DNA from: Octopus sinensis
Lineage: Eukaryota
DNA: 64,000 nucleotides
Assembly (NCBI RefSeq): GCF_006345805.1
Contig: NC_043022.1
Location: forward strand, 17,546,001-17,610,000
Direction: 5' to 3'
The notes under the pieces are model-generated. The model was not told the DNA's origin and did not search any database. It was given only the letters and a program-made list of their open reading frames with translations. Position 1 is the first letter of the stretch. Each line of letters opens with the position of its first letter. Below, piece after piece: positions 28,701-40,334 of the stretch. The position numbers and the translations under genes are program-made.

Positions 28701-31700
28701 AATTTGCTTTGTTTATTGTTTAGGTTCAAAGGTCATCGTTGCTGACGGAATACATTCCTTCAAAGTCCAGCAGCAATGCCAGCACCACTAATGTAGAGAA
28801 AGAGTCTGAACAAGAAGAAACCAATGGCTCAAGCCATGATCCTGATGTCCCCATGGCGGATGACACTGAAACAAGAGATGGAGAGGCTGAAGGTTTTATA
28901 AATATCTTCTCTTTTATTCTTTCTTCTTCACAATTCTTCAATTTTTAAAAAATTTGAAAAATAATCGAAATAAGTTTCTGCAATATTTTCCTCTTCATAA
29001 TTAAGTTTGAACCCCTGGAATGCTACTTGCAAAGCTGCTGCTGCTGCTGTCCATTTTTACCACTTTATTCATGGCTGGGCTCACCAATGAAGCGAATCTG
29101 CTGCTTCTATTCCATGTCAAACAGGTTAATAAGACTTGGTTCTTACCCATATTCACTCTGACAAAGGCGGTGACCTGACGGAATTGTTAGAATGTCGAGT
29201 AAAATGCTTAGCAACATTTCATACATCCTTGCATTCTGAGTTCAAATTCCATTGAGGTTAACTTGGCTCTTTCATCCTTCCAAGTTTGATAAAATAAGTG
29301 CCAGTCAAATACTGAGATCAATATAATTAACCTCTACTGTCCCCTCAAAATTTGAAGCCATTATTATTAGAGGCAGCGAGTTGGCAGAATTGTTAGCATG
29401 CTGGATGAAATGCTTAGTGGTATTTTGCCTGTCACTACACTCTGAGTTCAAATTCTGCAGAGATCAACTTTGCCTTTCATCCTTTTGGGGGTCAATATAA
29501 TGAGTATCAGTTGAACACTGGGGTCGATGTAATCAACTCATCCCCTCCCTCAAAATGGCTGCCCTTGTGGCAAAATTTGGAACCATTATTATTATTATCA
29601 TCAATAATATTAATATGCCAATTTGTTCTTTTTGTACGTAACTGGCATGTGTGTCACACTTACTTCAAAGAAGTGAGTGGCAGAGTGAGAGAGAAAAAGA
29701 AAGAGAGAAAGAAAGTGAGTGAGAGAGACAGTGAGTGGCGATGGCGTTTGTTTTGTGTTTTTTAATGTTTCAGAGAGAAAGAGAGAGGGTGAAAGAGACG
29801 GTGAGTGGCGATGGCTTTCATTTTGTGTTTTTAAAATGTTTCATAGAGGAAATGGTTTATACAGCTTGATGCCCTTCCTAATACCAGCCACTTTACTACA
29901 GAGTGTACTGGGTGCTTTTGATGTAGCACTAGCACTAGTGAGGTTGCCAAATACCTGCAAGATAAGACCTTTCAGTGTAGTTGGGGTATAGACTAGAGAA
30001 AGAAACTATGATAGAGAGAGGGGCAGATGTCTTGCTGAATAGGGGAATATGTAGCTTTCCCACCTGGAAAGTGAGAAAGAGAGAGATGTGCAATCCATGC
30101 AGTATACATGAATATGAGACAGTTTCTCAAAAAATGTTCTCTAGCGCACAGCACGCTCTTCTTTTTCTACAGTTCTTGTCTCTGCACTTGCTGTGTGAAA
30201 ACTCTGTCCCTGACTTCTTCACAGAACTTCTTGAAAATGCTTTGTTGACTCTGGTAGTTCTTTATTATAACTCTACCTGCTCATCAGAACCTTTCTGTGT
30301 AAGTAATGCCAGGATGGTATTCTTCTTATTCCTCTAGCTGTTGTTTAAAAAAAAAGCCCAACAAAGTGACATCAGTAAGGTGTTGAGTTTTAAGACCCCC
30401 TAATCATGGCCCAATTTCTGCTTTCAAAGAAAGCTGTAGTAATGACTTTAGTCCAACAAATTAAATGTGATGGATCAGGAAACTTCTAATTTTATATTTC
30501 ATAATAAACATGTAAAGAAGCTTCAGTAACTCTTCACTTTTTCATACTGCTCTATATTTCAAGCTGCTCAATATTTCATAATGCAAATCTCTTGTTTTAA
30601 TGATTTATATCTAATTTCAAACCTCTTCTCATAATTTCATTCCAAAACCTGTTATTAAGTTATGTTCCAAACACCATCATTTCAATAATGAAATAATTTA
30701 TTAAATCTCTCCAAATACTGCATTATCTACAAACACTACTTTTCTTTAAGAATATGACCAGCAAAATGTTAAAATAAATAAAATAAGTATCAGTTACTGG
30801 GGTTGATGTAATCAACTTTTCCTGTCCCCTGAAATTGCTGGCCTTGTGCCAAAATTTGAAACCATATATAAATTATTTTACATGATAAATAGGGATCTTT
30901 TGAGTTTTGAATTTTTCTCCTTTTCTTCTCTTTGTCATTAACGAAAATTAGTTATTCAAAAATCAAGCCAAAATTATTTCTGAATTGGCTAAATATTTAG
31001 GCTGTTGGTGGGAATTTTAAACATTAATTTCAAATTGATAATAATTGAAATCATCATCATCATATGTCTGTTTTCCATGCTAGCATGGGTAGACAGATTG
31101 ACAGGAGCTGGCAAGCCTGAGAGCTGCACCAGGCACCAATTGTCTGTTCTGGCATGATTTCTATGGCTTGATGCCCATCCTAACACCAACCACTTTACAG
31201 AGTGTATTGGCTGCTTTTTTTTACATGGCATCAACACCAATGCTTTTTATAAAAATTAAAATTGCAGGGAGACATAAACCTGAGATTAGAATTCTTACAA
31301 CAAAATTTGGGTTTTTTCCCTTCAGTTATATTATTTGAATTATATTTTCACTGAAATAGTTTTAAGTCACTTCATTTATTTATGGAATAACTCAGGTTTA
31401 ACAATTTGAAATTAAAAATCAAAATTACCATCTTTGAAATATATTTCTTCAGAATTTTAAAAATTTTATTTCCTTAATTAGTTTATTCATTTATTCCTTT
31501 TTTTCACTCAAGTAATTAGTTTTCTATTTGTTGTTGTTAATTCTGTTTGTAATGGTTTCTCTTTCATTTCTTTGATTTGGCTATCTTTCTACCTGACCTA
31601 TTTTCATGATCTGTTTATTATACACCCAATTATGTCGGGTGTGCTAATTACTATTCATTATAAAATACTGCTGCTGTTGCTAATAGCTAATCTATTTATT

Positions 31701-34700
31701 ACATTTTGTTGTTGTTCTTTTTCTGTATTAATTACCTTTTTTCTTTCTCTTTAGTCTGTTTCTGTTCAGACATCCTCCTTCACTCTTTATTCTCTTGGCA
31801 TTCATTTTCAAAGCCACTTTGGTCTGCTCATTAAAAATGGGGCCTCATTCTTAGCAGCTTCTATCATGGTTTGTTTATTTTGCAATCTTTCTTCTGCTTA
31901 CAGCAGCGATCCATTGTGTGTGTGTATGTCTATATACATACACATATGTGATAATGAATCTTCTAACTTATTAGCTCATATTAGCACACCTAAAAACTTC
32001 ATTTCCAAGTCAGCTCGACGAATCCTCTTGTATTATAAGCTATATTCGTGATATTTCAAGCTAACTTTACTAAATTCTGTAATGCTATCTCCTTGTGTTG
32101 TGTCTGACCCATTTAAGTATTAAGTAACATACTCAAGGATGTCATGCAATCCTGGTGGCAAATCAAGACTCATTGTTTTGTCTAGTCATACTCATTCAGA
32201 CATTTACTCTGTCTTTTCTTCTATCAGCTTTTGTCTATCTCACAGTTATTTATTATTAATCATATCTAATTATAATGGATAGTATTTCTTAGTATTTTCT
32301 CCTTATTTTAGGGTGGTGAGCTGGCAGAATTGTTTGTATGTTAGGTAAAATGCTTGTCAGCTTTCCTTCCGTCTTTACATTCCGAATTCAAATTCTGCTT
32401 GAGGTCAACTTTGCTTTCATTCTTTTGTGGTCGATAAAATAAGTACCAGTTGAACTCTGGAGTCAATGTAATCAACTTACCTATTCCCTCGAAATTGTTA
32501 GATATACTGAAATTTGAAACCGCTATTTTCTCTTTCTTTTAATCATTAAAAAATTTTTAAGAATGATGTCATTAGATTTTTTTTCTTTCAAATAAGATCA
32601 AGTGTTGAGGTTTTGAGGTAACTAAATTAACATTTTAAGAAAAAACTGATATTTTTATTGATTCAAACTTAATTTCTTGAAAATTCTTTATAGAATTTTA
32701 AGTGTTAATTTCAATTTTTTAAAAAACTATTTCAAATTTTTCCCCCAATTTTTGTTTAAATAAACATTTCAAAATTTCTCAAATTGAAATTTCACCTCCC
32801 ATCAAGGATAGTTAAATTGAAATTTACATTACTTGATCATAAATAATTGAGCAGGAATGTGGAATGCATTTAAACCAGCCAACATAAGCCCATATATATC
32901 ACTTGTTTTATGTTCAAACTAGCCAGATTTGGCCTCTTGTACCTGCCCTACAACATCATTCAAAGAATAAACAATCACATCATTGAAATCTCAAAGCCAT
33001 GAGATAATGCATGATTAATTCAAAACAATGTGAATAAATAAGCATTATATTTGACAGAGAAGTAATCTGAATGGAGAAGTGTTAAACTTAGCCATAAAGA
33101 CTAACAAATCTCTTGCCATTTATAACATGTTCTCTGTTGCTTATCTGAGAAATGTTTTTCTTTTTTTTCTTTTTTTTTTTTTTTTTTCACTTATGTAGAC
33201 ACTCATCCTAGCAATTTAATTTTTGACCCAGTTTTGATCCTCACTTTTAACCATTTCATACCAGTTATTTGTGGAAATAGCATTCAGTGTCCGTCAAGAA
33301 AGAGTAGAAATCAAAATTTATGGAGATCTGATGGAAAGTCTTCAAAGATAGCAACGAGTCTTTGACTTAAACCTTTAGCATTCAGATTGCTCCATCAAAT
33401 GTAATACATATTCATTTACATTGTTTCAAATTAATTGGGCAATTATTTTGTGACTTTGAGATTTCAATGATGTGAAAATACATTGTAGGTAGGTATGGAA
33501 GGCCGGATCTGACCAGTTTGAACATGAGACATGTCGAATATTTTGGCCAATTTAAATGCTAAAGAATGAATCATGCATGATCTCATATCTTCAAGATTTT
33601 GATTATGTGATTGTTTAATTTTAGAATGGCATTGTGTAATGTAGGTGGGAGAGGCTGGATCCGGCCAGTCTGAACATAAAACGGGTGAAATATTTGGGCC
33701 AGATATGGCCATTGCTTTAAATGCTAAACAATTTGGGAAACAAAAAGGATAATCCTTCAAAGTAGAAATAAATTTGGACAGCAAACAAATTGAGAAAACA
33801 TTAAGACTTGTTGATGAGTTTAGATCTGTAAATTTATGTCTTTTGATTTGTTGTGATCTGGACAAAGTACTTTTCTTGTATATCTTTGCAGTTCACTTAA
33901 CCATCAGGATTCAAGTAGCACCTTATCTGGGATTGCTATCAGTAATTCAGTTGAGGGGTCATTTTTTATTTTAACAATATTTGATTTTAATTGTATGATG
34001 TGCTTCAGTTTTTTTTTTCTCTGTGTTTGAATAGGATCTGTTGTAATTAGTTATTAGGGTTCATGTGTGCCTATGGTTTTAAAAGGTCTGCAAATTTCGC
34101 TCATATCTCAATTGTCTCTGTTCTGAAGATACTAACTATCACAAATGAACTTTAACACCTAATTCTCAACAATCCACTTAAAAAGAATGCAGTGTCTGCC
34201 TGCTTCTCTCTCTCTCTCTCTCTCTCTCAAGACATAGTCTTACTTTGTACAATTTCCATAAGAATCTTGACCTAAAGACTCAATTGAAGATTAAAATTGA
34301 TATTTTGGTAAACATGTTTTCATATATATTTTGGGGGTTCAAACACCAAATTAGTCTGTAACAAGACCATATATATATATATAGTTTTGTGTGTGTGTGT
34401 ATACACACACATATATATGGTTTTGTGTGTGTGTGTGTATATATATGCTGTGTAAAGAAGTGCCAATCTCTAACTGTGGAGGGAACCTGTACTAGAGATA
34501 GACTCAGGAAGACATGGGATGAGGTGGTGAAGCATGATCCTCGAATTTTGAGCCTCACAGAGGCAGTGACTTGTGGCCGAGATTTTTGGTGATGTGCTGT
34601 GCTTGAGAGGACCCGTCAAGCCGGGTGCACCCGTGCTGGTGGCACTCAAAGAACATCCTTTGAACATTGGGCCTCACCGAGGCAAAGTAGTTGAGTTCCT

Positions 34701-37700
34701 TTAAAGCGTTGGGCCTCACAAAGGTAAGGTGACTGAGTTCCTTTTGAGTGTTGGACCTCATGAAGGTAAAGTGGCTGAGTTCCTTTCAAGCATTGGGCCT
34801 CATGGAGGCAAGGTGACTGAGTTCCTTTCGAGTGTTGGGCCTCATGGAGGCAGTGACCAAGATCTTTAGCATTATGTCATGCTTGAGAAGACCCATCAAA
34901 CTGAGCAAATTTGCAGTTGTGACAGATACTGGTGTCACACAAATTGGCATGTAAATGTACCCCCAGTGTCATGCAAAGGGCACCTGTGCTGGTGACATAT
35001 AAAAGCACCAATTACACTCTCGGAGTGGTTGGCATTAGGAAGGGCATCCAGCTTTAGAAAACTATGCCAAATCAGAATGGATTTTGGTGCAGCCTTTCAG
35101 CGTGCCAGCCCAGTCAAACTCATGTCAGTATGGACAACAGACGTTAAATGACGATGATGATGATCATCATCATCATCATCGTTTAGCGTCCGTTTTCCAT
35201 GCTGGCATGGGTTGGACAGTGCAACTGGGGTCTGGGAAGCCAGAAGGCTGCACCAGGCCCAGTCTGATCTGGCAATGTTTCTACGGCTGGATGCCCTTCC
35301 TAACGCCAACCACTCCATGAGTGTAGTGGGTGCTTTTTACGTGCCACCTGCACAGGTGCCAGACAAGTCTGGCAAATGGCCACGGTCGGATGGTGCTTTT
35401 TACATGCTACCGGCACAGAGGCCAGGCCAGGCTGGCAACGGCCACGATCGGATGGTGCTTTTTACGTGCCACCGGCACGGAAGCCAGTCAGGGCGGCACT
35501 GGCAACGGCCACGTTTGGATGGTTCTCTTATGTGCCACCAGCACTGATATCTCAGCGACAATTTCCATTCATGTTGATCGATTTTGATTTTTGATTTTGA
35601 TTTATATACAAACTTGCTACCAGTTTAAATATGTTTGAGGTATATTCAAACCCATAAGAAAACCATTCACTGTATGTTGTGACGGAGAAATTATTTTTGC
35701 TATAGACAGATCCTCCTCCTCATCATCATTTAGTGTCTGTTTTCTATGCTGGCATGGGTTAGATGGAACTGGTCAACTGAAGTGCTACACCAGACTCCCG
35801 TCTGTTTTGACTTGGTTTCTACAGCTGGCTGCCCTTCCTAATACCAGCCACTCCACAGAGTGTACCATGTGCCTTTTATGTGTCACTAGCAATGGCCATG
35901 TCTATGATCTCACTCAATTTGACATGAGTTCACAGCATCGCCTAACTAGAATTGTTGGATGCATGCATTTCAGAGTGGTTATCTCCTCTTCAGCAGCAGA
36001 GACTGGAAAGGCAGACATTGTGAACTGATCTGAGAGAAAGATCCCTCTCATGATATTCCTGTAATTGTTCAATGGCTGGTTACACTATTCAGTGGCTCAA
36101 TGTAAATAAGTTGCAGGGTGACAGTGCTGAGCAGTGATGTGTATAAATGCAAAGTTGTTACCATTTCAAATATGCTTCAGGCATTTTCGAATCTGTAAGA
36201 AAGCCATTTACTGGAGCAAATTGTGCATCATTTATAACACGTTCACACACACACATGAAATGATGCTTGCAGTGGAATGTAATGTTGGAGATAAATTCTC
36301 CCTTAGAGATTTTGTTATTAAAAACACAGCAGGCTCCAAATGACATCAGTGGACTGTGAGACATTGCTGTTTTGATGTAATTTCACCTTCTTATAAAATG
36401 TTATAAGATATTATAAAGTATTGTTTTAAAATTTACTTGTAAAGTGACAAATTCTGCCGAGTTACATTGAGGAATCTCTTGTATCAGTGAATTATATTTA
36501 TATGTGAATTTATTTCACTTTATAGTTTTCTTTAAGCATTTTGGTAAATTCCAAATATTTTGTGCTACTTTAACCCCTTGGTGCACTGATGTTCAATCGA
36601 AAATCTAATATTGTCTAAGAATGTGTACAATTCTTCTATATTTCTGTACAGTTATATAATCCAGTTGAATATTGGCTAATAATTTGTTTTGTATGGTAAT
36701 ATTTAAAGAAAATATTAAAGTTTTCATTGAATTTCCTGTAATTAGGAGGATTTGTAGGCAAAATTCAAGCATAGATTTAATTAAGAAGTTTTTATTAAGT
36801 TTTGTTCTGAACATCACATATATTGGTAAACAAAAAATTTTATGCAAATTAGTAGCCCCAGATATCTGTAGCTACTGTAGTTGTTGAGAATATCAACAGA
36901 TTTGCTGCTTCTTTCTCAGGGATTGGTCAAATTGATGTAGACATTTCTGATGAGAATCCAATAAGATTTGAAAATTAATCAAGGTTTTTGATTGATTCTA
37001 GTTTCAGCTCATGAGCTGTGGCCATGCTGGGGCACCGCCATTAGGTTGTTTGTCATTTTTCTCAATCTATAGGGAAATTGCTACTAAATAGGTTATATAA
37101 TTGTTTTTAAAAAAACCATTCAAAGTTCTCTCTTTTAGAATTGAATGGAAATGCAGAGGAATGTAGTTTAGTCAAAAATCTAGTTACAAAAGGGTTAAAA
37201 CTGATGATGCTTACTTTTGAAAATAACTTTGAAATTTTTATTATTAAACCATCTATTCTGGCTGTTCGTGCTAATCTTTCTTTCTTTCTTTCTTTTTTTT
37301 TTTTTTTGAATATTTTCAATGATGACAAGTTATTTTACTTTCAGGTCTGCTGGGGCCCCCAAATGTGGACAAAAGAATGAGCTCAGGTGAGTTTTTATAT
37401 CATTTAACCCTTCAGCATTCAATCCAGCCATATCCAGGGGCCAAACATTCAACCTGTTTTATGTTCAAATCATTCACATCTGTTCCTTGTATAGGATGTC
37501 CATGTCGAGAAGGTTAGCGTGTCAGCATTACAAACATTATTTTACAGTATTACATCTAGGGAGGTAAACCTCATTCATTTCAGTAGCTTGCCAATCTAGT
37601 AAAACTCCAAAGGTCATGAGCCCTGCCCTTCCTCTTCTCCCCACCCTCCTTTTTTTTTGTAACTGACTGTGAACCAACAACCATAGAGTGTTGAGTTCAT

Positions 37701-37757
37701 GTGAGGCAGCTGCTATTTGTGATGAGAGGAAGAGGTTTCTGGTTGTGAGAAGGTGGA

Positions 37758-37800
<43 letters not shown>

Positions 37801-40301
37801 GGAGTCTGTTGGGGTGGAGTATGGAAGAAAATAAAGGAAAGAGAAAAGGGTTAGGGAGAAAGAGAGGTATGGAATTTGTTGGGGGTGAGTAGGCCATGGA
37901 AGGAAATTATGATAAGGATTTATTGTTGACAGTGCTTAGATGCACTCTATCTTGTCAGAAAAGAATAAAAGAGAGGATAGAAAGCAGCAAGACAGCAAAA
38001 AAGAAAGAGCCAGAAGCATGTGCACAGTCATCATCATCATCATCATCATCTTCATCATTATTGAATGTCTGTGTTGAACGTTGGCATGAGTTGGACAGGA
38101 TCCAACAAGCCAAAGGACTGTGTTAAGTTCCAAAGCACAAAAGGACCCCAGAAAAAGTAATGAGTAAAGGAGCCTTAAAGGTATATCAGGAACAGAACTA
38201 GCAAATTTTGGTAAGCCTGGAATTTCTGAGGGACATGGTATACCCCTTTTCACCTCTCATTTGTGGATGGTTAATTCCATGCTTCGACAATTCTGAGTAT
38301 GAAAAAATGTTTCTGTGTTGGTTTCTATCATCATTTAACGTCCGCTTTCTATGATGGTGAATAATCTTGGGCTTCTACCAAGATAGCTGTTAGACATTTG
38401 AAACATGTTGATACCCAAAGAAGCAAAAATGTCAAGATGTGATTAGTGATAGATGGTAGGTATTGGATATTCTGTGTATTGATATTCTGGACAGAATAAG
38501 GGTCCTAGACTGGAGAGGTGCAAGCTGAGTGGACATATCATAGCCATATATAGCTTTAACCCTTTAGCACTCAGATTATTCTGTCAGATGTTCTCTGCTT
38601 CTTTATTCCCCCTTGTTTTGAATTAATCACACATTATCTCATAACTTCAAGATTTCAATGATATGTTTGTTTATTATTAGAATGACCTTATAAGGCAAGT
38701 GTGAGAGGCCAGATCCAGCCAGTTTGAACATAAAATAATAAGTAGAATATCTGGGTTGGCTATGGCTAGATTAAATGCTAAAGGGTTAAATAACTGGTGA
38801 GGGGCTGATAAAGGTTTTGTGAATCTGTGCTGCTTCCTCTTGCCTCCAACTTCACCATCGCCCACCCCAAAAATGAATTGATATAACTACACTTCTACCT
38901 TCACCCCACCCCTTCCAAAAAATTGATGTCCACTGTTGACCACGCTTACCGTGTTTCACCATTCACTGCATTCACTCATATCTTCTGTCTCTGTCCATCA
39001 GCTACTTCCGTTTCACCCTCTTACCTGCCCATTCCCCCACTCCAATCATCTTGACCATTCCTCTTATATTCACTTTCCTCTAACTTGAAGCAACACCTTG
39101 ACCCCTTTTCCCCACCATCTTCTCTCCTTTTCCAACCTGGGTAGCCATTTATCTCCTCTACACCAAGACTCCCGTTTCTTTTCCTCTTTCACCTGACACA
39201 AATCCCTTGATATTATTCCCAGGCTCAGTTGAGAGACCTTGTCTAGCAAGGTACTTGGTGACCTCACTGATGCTTGTGCCACATGGAAAGCACCCACTAC
39301 AGTCTGTGAAGTGTAGCAAGGGTATTCAACAGGTACCAAAGTGGACATTAGGGTTTGATGCAGTGTCTATATATAGATTTAATCATGAAGCATTGTCTAA
39401 TACATGGTCTGATCAATAAGTATCCGGACTGTTGCCATAGTAATGAGGCTAAAGCACTCACACAGAGGGAAGCCACTTGGCACAAATTTACCTTGAACTC
39501 TGCTGTTAGTGCGCACTAAGTTTTAACATTCTAGCTCACTTCCACTGTTTACAGCAGTGCTTGGAAGGAAGGTGTGTAGCGTGTGATTGTCGCATTGACC
39601 ATGACAAAGAAAGTTGAGCAGAGAATCTGCATCAAATTTTGTCAAAAACTTGGTGATATCTGTGCAAAGTTTTCGTCATTCTCAACACAATCAAGGAGAT
39701 CTTGTACGACCGAAAACCAAGTGTCTTTTTGGTCAACTGAAAGCAGTTTTGGCACAAACTTGGCAGACATGTGTCTCCTACCCAAATATTCAGAGATAAT
39801 GGACTGAACTGAACCGTAACTTATCTGCACATCCTCTAATAACTCACGGATGGTGAATTCACAATTTCCCCTCACAGCTGCACACACAGCTGCCATGTTT
39901 TTCTCAGTTCTGCTGGTTGCGGGTCTTGACAGAACATTCATCAATATCAACATATTTTCAGCCATTTTGGAAACGTCTGAACCTCTCGTGCACTTGTGTG
40001 CAGCTCATACACTCCTCTCCAAACACTTTCTGCAACTTTGCGTAGGCCTCCTAGCAGGTATCACCACGAGAACTTTCTCTGTCATGGTCAATACGACTAT
40101 CACACGCTACACACCTTCCTTCCAAGCACTGCTGTAAACAGCAAAATTGAGCTACAATGTTAAAACTTAGTGCAGAGTTCAAGGTTAATCTTTGCCAAGC
40201 AGTTTCACTCTGCATGCTTTAGCTTTGTTACTATGGTAACAGTCCAGATACTTATTGATCAGACCTCTCTCTCTCTCTCACTATATATATATATATATAT
40301 A

Positions 40302-40334
<33 letters not shown>

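Noticed and set aside
33892-33941. 50-nt AG...GT segment as a Ph exon
   Set aside because: Not frame-preserving in a phase 1-1 intron, weak donor, no Ph-like sequence.
37896-38126. ORF with RCTLSCQKR as the missing FCS exon
   Set aside because: Lacks CxxC...FCSxxC spacing, has no usable donor and runs into a (CAT)n RTE tail.
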